A stretch of 64,000 nucleotides of DNA from Candidatus Nomurabacteria bacterium (GTDB lineage: Bacteria > Patescibacteriota > Minisyncoccia > Phycocordibacterales > UBA2100). The DNA lies in contig CALRHH010000001.1 in assembly GCA_943359395.1 (NCBI GenBank), forward strand, positions 20,121-84,120. The letters run 5' to 3'. The notes beneath the pieces were generated by a model, which was not told the DNA's origin, did not search any database, and saw only the letters and a list, made by a program, of their open reading frames with translations. The position numbers and the translations under genes were made by a program. Positions 39,622 through 49,038 of the stretch are shown one piece after another (position 1 is the stretch's first letter; each line of letters begins with the position of its first letter).

Positions 39622-40797
39622 ATGGATATCAACCCGTCGAAAAGACTGGCGTCATTGCCTCCGTACGCGTTTGCGGAGATAGACAAAAAGGTGGAAGCTC
39701 TCCGAGCACAGGGCGTTACCCCTATTGATTTCGGCGTGGGCGACCCGACAGAACCGACGCCGGACTATGTAGCGGAGTGCCTTACACCATCGGCCCGTGC
39801 ACATGCGGTGAGCGGATATCCGAACTATAACGGAAGCAAGAAATTCCGCTCCGCCGCGGCCGATTATATGCTTCGCAGGTTCGGAGTGACGCTCAATCCA
39901 GAAACAGAGATTTCTTCGAACGCAGGTTCGAAGGAGGCTATTTTTAACTTTCCCGAGGCCATTCTGGAACCAGCTGATACGGTACTCTGTCCCTCTCCGG
40001 GATATCCACCGATGAAAACAGGCACCATCTTTGCCGAGAGCCAACCCTATTTCGTCCCTCTTCTTGAGAAAAACGGATTTCTTATCGACTACGCCGCCAT
40101 TCCCAAGGACATCGCACAACGCGCAAAGATGATTTGGCTGAACTACCCGAATTCTCCCACGGGTGCCGTAGCCTCGCGCGAGTATTACAAAGGACTTGTC
40201 GAGTGGGCTCACCGCAATAACATCATCATTGCGGCGGATGAAGGCTGCTATATTGATATTTACTTCGACGACAAACCACCCTCTATTCTTGAGGTGGACC
40301 GCGAAGGCATCGTCGCTTTTTATTCCTTGTCCAAACGCAACAACATGACCGGCTATCGCGTCGGCTTCGTGTGCGGCGACGAGAAACTCGTAAATATTTA
40401 CAAGCGCTTGAAGACGAATGTCGATTCAGGCGTCCCAAATATTATTCAGGATGCGGCTATCGTCGCACTTGCCGATGATGCGCACGTCGAAAGTATGCGC
40501 CGTCTCTACAAAGAAAAACGGGATATTCTGCTTCCTGCACTTCGTTCTATCGGACTCTCAACGACAGAAGCGGGAGCCACCTTCTATGTATGGCAGAAGG
40601 TCCCTGGAAGCGACGTCGAGTTTGCAAAGAAACTCCTCGATCCTTCCATTGGCATCGTCGTGACACCGGGCAGTCTGATTTCGGATGTATGTGAAGGAGG
40701 TTTGAATCCGGGAGAGGGGTACGTGCGCTTTGCCTTAGTTCCGTCTCTAGAACAAGTCCGAGAAGCCGCAAAAAGGTTGCTTTCACTGCGATCGTAA
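39622..40797 (+). CDS. dapL: LL-diaminopimelate aminotransferase-like class I PLP enzyme
   Basis: LPPYAFAEI, GSKEAI, NYPNSPTG, SLSK..NMTGYRVG; operon context with dapA and dapB. Confidence 0.75.
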   Translation: MDINPSKRLASLPPYAFAEIDKKVEALRAQGVTPIDFGVGDPTEPTPDYVAECLTPSARAHAVSGYPNYNGSKKFRSAAADYMLRRFGVTLNPETEISSNAGSKEAIFNFPEAILEPADTVLCPSPGYPPMKTGTIFAESQPYFVPLLEKNGFLIDYAAIPKDIAQRAKMIWLNYPNSPTGAVASREYYKGLVEWAHRNNIIIAADEGCYIDIYFDDKPPSILEVDREGIVAFYSLSKRNNMTGYRVGFVCGDEKLVNIYKRLKTNVDSGVPNIIQDAAIVALADDAHVESMRRLYKEKRDILLPALRSIGLSTTEAGATFYVWQKVPGSDVEFAKKLLDPSIGIVVTPGSLISDVCEGGLNPGEGYVRFALVPSLEQVREAAKRLLSLRS

Positions 40798-40881
40798 ACA
40801 TTTCGATATCCTGATTCTCCCGCTACGAAATACCATTTTATTCATAGTTTGTGGTTTAATTTCTGTTACAATACAGCCCAT

Positions 40882-41823
40882 ATGGGCAAAAAGCGGCTTT
40901 TTACGGGACTTCAGCCATCGGGCTCGCTCCACATCGGCAATTACTTGGGCACACTCAAGCAGACGGTGGGATTGCTCAAAGATACTGATGGACTCGTCAT
41001 GATTGCCGATTATCATGCGCTTACCACACTGAAGGATACCGGAGGATTGCGGAAAAATATCATGGATGTCGCGCGCGACTTTATCGCTGTCGGAGTCGAC
41101 CCCAAGAAAACTGTCATTTTCCAGCAGTCCACTGTATTGCAGCATACGGAACTCGCGTGGATATTCGATTGTCTCGTCACGGTACCATTTCTTATGCAGG
41201 CGCACGCGTATAAGGACAAAGTCGCAAAAGGACTGGAAGCGAATGCGGGGCTCTTCACATACCCAATGCTCATGGCGGCGGATATTTTGCTCTACGATAC
41301 CGACGTCGTGCCCGTAGGTGCTGACCAAAGGCAGCATGTGGAATACGCCCGCGAAGCGGCAACCAAATTCAACGTCGTATTCGGCGAGACCTTCAAGACG
41401 CCGCAGGAAAAAATTCTAGAGTCTGTCGCAGTCGTTCCCGGTACCGACGGCAAAAAGATGAGCAAGAGTTATGGCAATACTATTCCTCTTTTTGGCACAA
41501 AAGAAGAGACGCAAAAAGCAGTTATGAGTATCGTTACTGACTCAACAGGGGATAGACCGGAAAACGTCTACAATATTCACCGCCTCTTCAAAAGCGAGGA
41601 GCAGCTTTCCTCTCTCTACGCGGAAAACAAGGGCAAATACAAAGCACTCAAAGATACGCTCGTCGAAGACATCGAAGCGGTGATTAGCCCGATGCGGGAG
41701 AAGCGTGCGAGCCTGAGTGACGCCGATGTAAAAAACATTCTGAAGGATGGCACTGAGAGAGCACGCGAACAAGCTGAAAAGAAAATGGTAGACGTGAGAA
41801 ATAAAGTGGGCGTCACAATTTAG
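40882..41823 (+). CDS. trpS: tryptophan--tRNA ligase
   Basis: QPSG.LHIGN, YP.LMAADI, VG.DQ.QH, KMSKS. Confidence 0.96.
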   Translation: MGKKRLFTGLQPSGSLHIGNYLGTLKQTVGLLKDTDGLVMIADYHALTTLKDTGGLRKNIMDVARDFIAVGVDPKKTVIFQQSTVLQHTELAWIFDCLVTVPFLMQAHAYKDKVAKGLEANAGLFTYPMLMAADILLYDTDVVPVGADQRQHVEYAREAATKFNVVFGETFKTPQEKILESVAVVPGTDGKKMSKSYGNTIPLFGTKEETQKAVMSIVTDSTGDRPENVYNIHRLFKSEEQLSSLYAENKGKYKALKDTLVEDIEAVISPMREKRASLSDADVKNILKDGTERAREQAEKKMVDVRNKVGVTI

Positions 41824-41825
41824 AT

Positions 41826-43229
41826 ATGGAACGAACATTCATTAAAGACTTGGCAGAGCACGTAGGGGAGTCGGTCCTCATTAAGGGCTGGGTATCGGTT
41901 CGGCGCGACCAGGGCAAAATGGTTTTTTTCGACTTCAGAGACATGACAGGCGTGGTTCAAGGTCTCGTGATTCCGGGAGCTGCCGCGATGGAAACCGCCA
42001 AAAATACTTCCCGCGAATCCGTGGTCGCAGTCACCGCTACCGTGCAGGAGCGACCGGGCAAGAACGCCCAAACGGGCAAAATGAACGGTGGCATCGAACT
42101 ACTGATTGAATCAATCGAGGTTTTGAGTCCCGCAGCGGTTCTGCCGTTTGAAGTCAACGAAGATACCTCAGGCATCGGGGAGGAGACACGTCTCGCTCAC
42201 CGCTACTTGGACTTACGCAGCGAACGTATGCAACGCAACATCCGGCTCCGCAGCGAGCTTGTGCAACGCTGCAGAGAATACCTTTTTGGTAAGCTATTTA
42301 CGGAAATTGAAACTCCACTTCTTACAGAATCGACGCCGGAGGGTTCGCGCGATTTCGTCGTACCGTCCCGGCTCCACCCCGGTAAATTCTACGCGCTTCC
42401 GCAATCTCCCCAGCAATACAAACAGCTTCTTATGGCCGGCGGATTCGAACGGTACTTCCAAATAGCGCGTGCGGTGCGTGACGAGGATCTTCGCGCGGAC
42501 CGCGGATTCGAACATACGCAAATAGATATCGAGATGTCTTTCGTCGCACAAGAAGAGGTGATGCAGACTGTCGAAGATATGATTACGGTTTCAGTCGAAG
42601 CGATGGGCTTTACGATAAAAGAAAAGCCCTTTCCCCGATTCACCTACGCGGAAGCGATGGAAAAATTCGGCGCGGATAAATTTGACCTCCGCACACCCGA
42701 AGATAAGGAGAACAACGTCATGGCATACGCATGGGTATACAAATTTCCGTTTTTCGAAAAGACAGAGGACGGCGGATGGACGTTTACACACAATCCATTT
42801 TCAATGCCGATACGCGAGCATGTGGAACAGCTTCTCGAAAAGAAAAATATCGGAGATATTCTCACCACGCAATATGATTTGGTATGCAACGGATACGAGG
42901 CGGGGGGTGGAAGCATCCGCGCACACAAGCCTGAGATTCTCAAAGCCGCATACGAGGTCATGGGATACAATGAAGAGGAGATACAGGGGCGTATCGGACA
43001 TATGCTCACCGCCTTTGGATTCGGCGTACCGCCTCACGGCGGCATCGCACTCGGCGTAGAACGCCTTACCATGAATCTGACGGGGGAATCGCAGCTTCGC
43101 GAAGTTCAGGCCTTTCCAATGACACGCGGCGGACAGACGTCTGTCATGAGAGCGCCGAAAGAACTTACCATTGAGCAACTCACCGAACTTGGCATCCAGA
43201 TACAACCAAAAAAGAAACATGATGAGTGA
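41826..43229 (+). CDS. aspS: aspartate--tRNA ligase, compact form without GAD insertion
   Basis: OB-fold, RYLDLR, STPEGSRDF, YALPQSPQ, RDEDLRADR, PPHGGIALG; 467 aa. Confidence 0.93.
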   Translation: MERTFIKDLAEHVGESVLIKGWVSVRRDQGKMVFFDFRDMTGVVQGLVIPGAAAMETAKNTSRESVVAVTATVQERPGKNAQTGKMNGGIELLIESIEVLSPAAVLPFEVNEDTSGIGEETRLAHRYLDLRSERMQRNIRLRSELVQRCREYLFGKLFTEIETPLLTESTPEGSRDFVVPSRLHPGKFYALPQSPQQYKQLLMAGGFERYFQIARAVRDEDLRADRGFEHTQIDIEMSFVAQEEVMQTVEDMITVSVEAMGFTIKEKPFPRFTYAEAMEKFGADKFDLRTPEDKENNVMAYAWVYKFPFFEKTEDGGWTFTHNPFSMPIREHVEQLLEKKNIGDILTTQYDLVCNGYEAGGGSIRAHKPEILKAAYEVMGYNEEEIQGRIGHMLTAFGFGVPPHGGIALGVERLTMNLTGESQLREVQAFPMTRGGQTSVMRAPKELTIEQLTELGIQIQPKKKHDE

Positions 43230-43947
43230 ACGATTCGCATTGAGTACTGAAACATTTGAGGGGCCATTGGAAACGCTTCTCAATATGATTGAAGCGAGGA
43301 AGCTGTCTATCTCTGACATCTCTTTGGCCGAGGTAACGGACGCGTACCTCGCATACGTCGAAAAACTTCCCGAACTTCCCCTCGGGGAAACCGCTCAGTT
43401 CATTTTGGTTGCCTCCACGCTCCTTCTGATAAAATCCCGAACGCTTCTCCCCACATTGGACCTTTCTGCAGATGAGCGCGAAAGCGTTGAAGAGCTTGAG
43501 CGCCGGCTCGCGCGATACGCACTGGTACGGAAGTCAGCCAAGCTTCTTCGTGGCACATGGGGTAAAAGCCCTTTTCTCCTTGCGCATCGAACGCCTCTTC
43601 GTACCCCCGTCTTCAGTCCCGCCAACGCGGCACTTTCTACAATTGCCAATGCGGCTGCACGTCTCGTCAGTATCTTGCCCAAGCCTGAAGCAATGATGCA
43701 GGCGGCGGTGGCCCCAATATTGGCGCTAGAAGATGTTATACAGAGTGTCCGCTCCCGCCTCATCACCGCCCTTCGAGCGAGCTTCCGTGAGCTTACGAGG
43801 TCACGCGATAGGAACGATGTAATCGTCTATTTTCTTGCGACGCTCGAATTAGTACGTTCGGGGAGCGCGAGCGTGACTCAAGAACGCCTTTTCGAAGACA
43901 TCACGATTGAGTTGGAGAACGCCACTGCTCCACGTTACGGTACATAA
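43219..43947 (+). CDS. scpA: segregation/condensation protein A
   Basis: FEGPLETLL, A.TLLLIKSR.LLP, FLATLEL. Confidence 0.92.
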   Translation: MMSERFALSTETFEGPLETLLNMIEARKLSISDISLAEVTDAYLAYVEKLPELPLGETAQFILVASTLLLIKSRTLLPTLDLSADERESVEELERRLARYALVRKSAKLLRGTWGKSPFLLAHRTPLRTPVFSPANAALSTIANAAARLVSILPKPEAMMQAAVAPILALEDVIQSVRSRLITALRASFRELTRSRDRNDVIVYFLATLELVRSGSASVTQERLFEDITIELENATAPRYGT

Positions 43948-43950
43948 TAT

Positions 43951-44514
43951 ATGCACAATGAAACCTCAGCGCGCGCGGAAGCGTTCCTCTTTAGTGAAGG
44001 AGGGATGCTTACCTTACACAAACTGGCTCAATTACTCGAGGTAGATGAGCCGCAGTTGCGGGAGGCGCTCCAGACACTTTCGGAGCGCCTGGAAGGCACG
44101 GGCCTGACACTTATCCGGACGGAGACCGAGGTCTCGCTCGCGGTGGCAAAGGAAACTTCCTCAGCAGTTCAACGGGCGTACGAGCGGGAGCTGGGACACG
44201 AAATAGGGGATGCGGGCCTAGAGGTTTTAGCAGTTGTCCTCTATAGAGGTCCCTCGACTCGTGCGCAAATCGATTATATTCGTGGTGTAAATACAAGCTC
44301 GAGTATCCGTAATCTTCTCGCACGCGGGCTCCTTGAACGCACGGGCAATCCTGAAGACGGACGTGAATACCTATACCGTCCGACTGTCGAGCTCCTCTCT
44401 CACCTCGGCGTGCGTGACGTTACAGAACTTCCGAATTACGCCGAGATAGTTGCGGAACTTAGAGCTTTCGAATCACAGCCTACCGAGTCCTCTTCAGAAA
44501 ATACGCAGGTATGA
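43951..44514 (+). CDS. scpB: segregation/condensation protein B
   Basis: EAFLF, LEVLAVVLYRGP.TRAQIDYIRGVN. Confidence 0.93.
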   Translation: MHNETSARAEAFLFSEGGMLTLHKLAQLLEVDEPQLREALQTLSERLEGTGLTLIRTETEVSLAVAKETSSAVQRAYERELGHEIGDAGLEVLAVVLYRGPSTRAQIDYIRGVNTSSSIRNLLARGLLERTGNPEDGREYLYRPTVELLSHLGVRDVTELPNYAEIVAELRAFESQPTESSSENTQV

Positions 44515-45566
44515 CGGACGGACCATTGGCTCAAGATGAAATTTCTTACACCGGAGACGCGCGACAGCAGGAGCCTGTTTCTCCGCTCGTACTTTTGCCT
44601 GAGCGCACAGGCGGACACCGTCTCTCGACACAATACCTTTCGGGTGTCGCCACACTCGCGCTCATCTTTTTCGCGAGTGCGTTCGTAACAGTGGCATTTC
44701 TCTCCTCTTACGATGAGCTCAACGTGGGCGTTCCTCAAACCGCTTCTGCGGCGGCCTCATTGGAAAATCCCTTCGACTCAATATCACTTATGGCTGAGGG
44801 GGCTTACGTGCTCGACCTCACGACGAATCGCGTTCTTTATTCGAAAAACCCAGACTCGCGGCTGCCTCTCGCCTCTCTCGTCAAAGTGCCGCTCGTCCTC
44901 GCGGTCTCCGAAGCGTTTCCCTCCGGTACGTCCATAACGATACCTTCACACGTACCGCCCGATGGCGCGGGAATTCGTCTCCCGGCAGGGATGCAATTCG
45001 CAGCACAAGACATCATCGCCTTCACTCTCGTTGCGTCCTCAAACGAAGGAGCCGCTATTCTCTCTAACGCGGCGGGGGAAGCTCTTCATAAAAAGTATCC
45101 GTCGTCGACAGAAGGCGCTGCTGTCTTGTGGCGTATGAACGACATCGCACAAAACCTCGGCCTGAGTACGGTGACCTTTCTCAACACCAATGGCCTTGAC
45201 TTGAGCGACACTGAAGCGAGCGCCTTCGGCTCTGCGCACGATGTAGCACTTCTCTTTGGGTATGCCGCATCGACTGCCCCCGCCTCTTTTGGGCAAACCT
45301 CTCGCACGAGTATCAAGATACGGGCAACAACGGGAGAAACGGTGACGGCAACAAATACCGACGAAGCATTACCGGCGATACCGGGCATCGTCATGGGAAA
45401 AACGGGCTTCACAAGACTTGCGGGAGGAAACCTCGCCGTAGTATTTGAGGTGGGACCAACCCGTCCGGTCGTTGCAGTCGTACTGAATTCAACGCAGGAC
45501 GGCCGTTTTGACGACATGAAAAAGCTCGTAACAGCTACGGTGGAATCCATCTCAACGGGCCAGTAA
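44511..45566 (+). CDS. D-alanyl-D-alanine carboxypeptidase (S11)
   Basis: SxxK (SLVK), SxN (SSN), KTG motifs; one TM. Confidence 0.88.
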   Translation: MTDGPLAQDEISYTGDARQQEPVSPLVLLPERTGGHRLSTQYLSGVATLALIFFASAFVTVAFLSSYDELNVGVPQTASAAASLENPFDSISLMAEGAYVLDLTTNRVLYSKNPDSRLPLASLVKVPLVLAVSEAFPSGTSITIPSHVPPDGAGIRLPAGMQFAAQDIIAFTLVASSNEGAAILSNAAGEALHKKYPSSTEGAAVLWRMNDIAQNLGLSTVTFLNTNGLDLSDTEASAFGSAHDVALLFGYAASTAPASFGQTSRTSIKIRATTGETVTATNTDEALPAIPGIVMGKTGFTRLAGGNLAVVFEVGPTRPVVAVVLNSTQDGRFDDMKKLVTATVESISTGQ

Positions 45567-45602
45567 TTTCGGGTCCTAAAATCAACGTAGTACAATCACT
45601 GT

Positions 45603-46667
45603 ATGATTCCGCCGCTTGTTCACGTACTCCTTCCTGCGGCGATAGCATTCCTCGTGGGGATGGCAATCACACCACTGATTTCTCACTACTTATACGCGTT
45701 CAAGGCGTGGAAAAAACGTCCCGGTAAACTCGCGCTCAACGGAGAATCTGCGCACGAATTCAACCGGCTTCATGGCCTGAATGAGGTACGCGCGCCCCGC
45801 ATGGGAGGCATGGTCGTGTGGGGAAGCGTCCTCCTTACTATTTTAGGTCTCTCCGCACTGACACGCATTTTTCCGGCGCTGACTAGTCTAGACTTCTTGA
45901 GTCGTAATCAGACGTGGCTGCCATTCGCGACACTTATGACAGGTGCCTTAGTTGGACTCGTCGATGACCTTATGGTTATTCGGGAGAGTGCTGAGGGTTT
46001 ACGTCTACGTCACCGCATCGTTATTGTCGTGGCGTTGTCCTCTTTCATAGGATGGTGGTTCTGGGAAAAACTTTCCATAACTGCCGTCAATATCCCATAT
46101 ACCGTCCCGCTTGAAATAGGTTGGCTCATCATTCCTCTATTTGTCATAGTATCGCTCGCCCTGTACGCTTCAGGCGTCATTGACGGCATTGACGGACTCT
46201 CAGGTGGAGTATTCGCCTCAATTTTTGCCTCTTACACCATCATCGCATTTTCGCAGAACCAAGTAGACCTCGCAGCATTTACCGCCTGCATTATGGGAGG
46301 ACTCCTCGCGTTTTTGTGGTTCAATATTCCTCCTGCGCGATTTTACATGAGCGACACGGGCACCATGGCATTAACCTTGACCATCGGTACCGTTGCGTTC
46401 ATGACTGACAGTCTCGGGGGTGGTGTTGGCATATTCGTATTACCTATCATCGGAGGTCTTCTCGTTGTGACTGTTTTGTCTGACATAGCACAAGTCATCT
46501 CAAAAAGATTCTTCGGCCGCAAGCTCTTGCGCATTGCGCCACTGCACCACCACTTTGAAGCCATCGGTTGGCCGGGACAGAAAGTTGTTATGCGGTATTG
46601 GGTGCTCTCCGTTGCATGTGCGTTCGCGGGCGTCATCCTTGCGCTCTCTGCATTACCCATACAATGA
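45603..46667 (+). CDS. mraY: phospho-N-acetylmuramoyl-pentapeptide transferase
   Basis: PRMGG, GLVDD, DGIDGL, FLWFN..PA, APLHHHFE. Confidence 0.93.
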   Translation: MIPPLVHVLLPAAIAFLVGMAITPLISHYLYAFKAWKKRPGKLALNGESAHEFNRLHGLNEVRAPRMGGMVVWGSVLLTILGLSALTRIFPALTSLDFLSRNQTWLPFATLMTGALVGLVDDLMVIRESAEGLRLRHRIVIVVALSSFIGWWFWEKLSITAVNIPYTVPLEIGWLIIPLFVIVSLALYASGVIDGIDGLSGGVFASIFASYTIIAFSQNQVDLAAFTACIMGGLLAFLWFNIPPARFYMSDTGTMALTLTIGTVAFMTDSLGGGVGIFVLPIIGGLLVVTVLSDIAQVISKRFFGRKLLRIAPLHHHFEAIGWPGQKVVMRYWVLSVACAFAGVILALSALPIQ

Positions 46668-47758
46668 GGCAGCGCATCGACAAACCCCTCGCCTTTCTCA
46701 TCGCGTCCCTCGTTTTGGGAGGCGCCATGATATTCGTATCGGCAGCTTTCGGCGTTCTCGGCCGCGGATTTTCGGGAATCACCTCTGTTGCATTCAGTCA
46801 TCTGGTGTTGGGGGTGGGAGGCGGATGTATCTTGCTCCTCATAACCCTTAATTTCAATTACCGTCACTGGCGAAAATTTGCACCCTATATCTTCGCACTC
46901 GCTCTTGTGGGCATGCTCCTTGTTTTCATTCCCAACCTCGGCTTTGCACATGGTGGGGGACAGCGATGGATTGTCATATTTGGCGTCTCATTTCAACCTT
47001 CTGAGTTCTTAAAGATTGCCGCCATTCTCATCGCGGCGGCGTATTATTCGACCATTCGCGCAAAAGTCGAAAGTTTTTTATGGGGTGTCGGCGGCCTCGT
47101 TGTCATACTTGCCGCGCCCATCGTTCTCCTCGTCATGCAACCAGATATCGGTACGCTTGGCATCATCTGTATCACCGTATTTGGCGTCTTCTTCGCCGCC
47201 GGTGCGCGTGTCCGCGATATCGCGATACTGCTGTGCATTGCTTTGCTCTCGCTCGGTATACTTGTGTACGAAAAGCCCCACGTGAGAGATCGTGTCCTCA
47301 CATTCTTTAACCCCGCCGAAAACCAGTTGGCGGAAGGGTACCAAATATCTCAATCTCTCATGGCGATAGGCTCAGGTCAGGTCTTCGGGCGCGGTTACGG
47401 CCAAAGCATCCAGAAATTCACATACCTGCCGGAGCCCATGGGGGATTCCGTATTTGCCGTAGCGGGGGAGGAGCTTGGATTCGTTGGTTCGACAGTCATC
47501 GTCCTCATGTTCTTAGCCCTTGCCTTACGCGGGTATGTAGTCGCTGCCCGTACAACAGACCTTTTCGGGGGACTGCTTGCGGTAGGAATCTCGACCTACT
47601 TGGCTGGAGAGGCATTTATCAACATTGCGGCGATGCTCGGCCTCGCACCGCTGACAGGGGTGCCTCTCACATTCGTGAGCCAAGGGGGAAGTGCGATGCT
47701 CATATCACTCGCAAGCGCAGGCATTTTGCTTAACATTTCCCGATCCCGCCGCGTATAA
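46664..47758 (+). CDS. ftsW: SEDS peptidoglycan polymerase FtsW
   Basis: RWI, QPSEFLK, QPDIGT, GYQ..QS..AIGSG, P.TGVPL.FVSQGG. Confidence 0.9.
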   Translation: MRQRIDKPLAFLIASLVLGGAMIFVSAAFGVLGRGFSGITSVAFSHLVLGVGGGCILLLITLNFNYRHWRKFAPYIFALALVGMLLVFIPNLGFAHGGGQRWIVIFGVSFQPSEFLKIAAILIAAAYYSTIRAKVESFLWGVGGLVVILAAPIVLLVMQPDIGTLGIICITVFGVFFAAGARVRDIAILLCIALLSLGILVYEKPHVRDRVLTFFNPAENQLAEGYQISQSLMAIGSGQVFGRGYGQSIQKFTYLPEPMGDSVFAVAGEELGFVGSTVIVLMFLALALRGYVVAARTTDLFGGLLAVGISTYLAGEAFINIAAMLGLAPLTGVPLTFVSQGGSAMLISLASAGILLNISRSRRV

Positions 47759-47798
47759 CTCTTTTTGTGATTGCGCAAGAGGACGATAGAATGGGGCG

Positions 47799-48941
47799 AT
47801 GCGTATCGTATTGGCCGGTGGTGGAACAGGCGGACATTTTTATCCGCTCATCGCGGTGGCAGAGGCCATTGAAGACGTGTGCCTGGAGCGCACCCTCATC
47901 GAACCTGACCTCTACTACATCGGCCCGCCAGCATTCGATGCCGAAGCGCTCCTTGAGCATGACATTACATATCTCCCAAGCACTGCGGGAAAAGTTCGCA
48001 GATACAGGAGCATTCTGAATGTGCTAAGCGTCTTTACCAACGGCATCGGCATCATACGATCTACCCTCCAACTCTTCCGCCTCTACCCCGATGCAGTTTT
48101 CTCGACTGGCGGATACGCAGCATTCCCGACGCTCTTTGCGGCACGACTCCTTCAAATCCCCGTGATAATTTATGATGCCGATGCGTCGCCGGGACGCGTC
48201 TCTCTCTGGTCATCAAAATTCGCGCAGTGGATAGCCGTTGCACATCCGACAGCCGCCGCGAAATTCCCTCCGAAAGTACGGGACAGAATCGCTGCAGTAG
48301 GGCATCCTGTCCGCAAAGAAATAATTCAGCCTTCGAAAGAGGGTGGGCACGAATTCCTCAAGCTTGATTCCTCAGTCCCTACGGTATTCGTGATGGGTGG
48401 CTCTCAAGGCGCACGCTCTATCAACGAAGTCATTCTCGATGCGCTTCCTTTACTCCTTTCGGAATTCAACGTCGTACACCAAGTCGGTGCGGCAAACCTC
48501 ACAGAGATCAGCGGTATTACCTCAGTGATTCTCAAAAACTCCCGTTATGCAGAACGCTACAAGATTTTTGGACTTCTTAATACCCTTGCGCTGCGCATGG
48601 CCGCTGGTATCACAACGGTAATCGTAGCCCGTGCGGGCTCGGGCACTATCTTTGAGATAGCCAACTGGGGACTACCGTCAATACTCGTCCCGATACCCGA
48701 GGACGTCTCTCACGACCAGACCGAGAATGCATTCTCTTATGCCCGCTCAGGCGCGGCTGTCGTCATAGAACAGCGCAACCTCTCGCCTCACCTTCTCCTC
48801 GCCGAAATTCAGCGCGTAGTCGGAGATTCGGCTTTGCGTTCGAAAATGTCCGAAGCTGCACGGACATTCGCACGCCCCGATGCGGCACGGAAGATTGCAC
48901 TCTCACTCCTTGAGACCGCTATCGAGCATGAACCCGTATGA
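47799..48941 (+). CDS. murG: MurG glycosyltransferase
   Basis: GGGTGGH.YP, TGGY, GGSQGA, RAG.GT..E, Q..NA. Confidence 0.95.
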   Translation: MRIVLAGGGTGGHFYPLIAVAEAIEDVCLERTLIEPDLYYIGPPAFDAEALLEHDITYLPSTAGKVRRYRSILNVLSVFTNGIGIIRSTLQLFRLYPDAVFSTGGYAAFPTLFAARLLQIPVIIYDADASPGRVSLWSSKFAQWIAVAHPTAAAKFPPKVRDRIAAVGHPVRKEIIQPSKEGGHEFLKLDSSVPTVFVMGGSQGARSINEVILDALPLLLSEFNVVHQVGAANLTEISGITSVILKNSRYAERYKIFGLLNTLALRMAAGITTVIVARAGSGTIFEIANWGLPSILVPIPEDVSHDQTENAFSYARSGAAVVIEQRNLSPHLLLAEIQRVVGDSALRSKMSEAARTFARPDAARKIALSLLETAIEHEPV

Positions 48942-49037
48942 CCCCATGAGAGAATGGATCATTTATGTTCAATATATCTACATCACCGCAATCATTACAA
49001 ACTTCGCTGATTCATTTGGCGTTTCTCTCTCACGGGG
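48942..49037. mobile_element. miniature inverted-repeat element, copy 4 (96 bp, TATGA duplication)
   Basis: TATGA|CCCCATGAGAGA...TCTCTCACGGGG|TATGA between the murG stop and the gltX start. Confidence 0.75.
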
Positions 49038-49038
49038 T

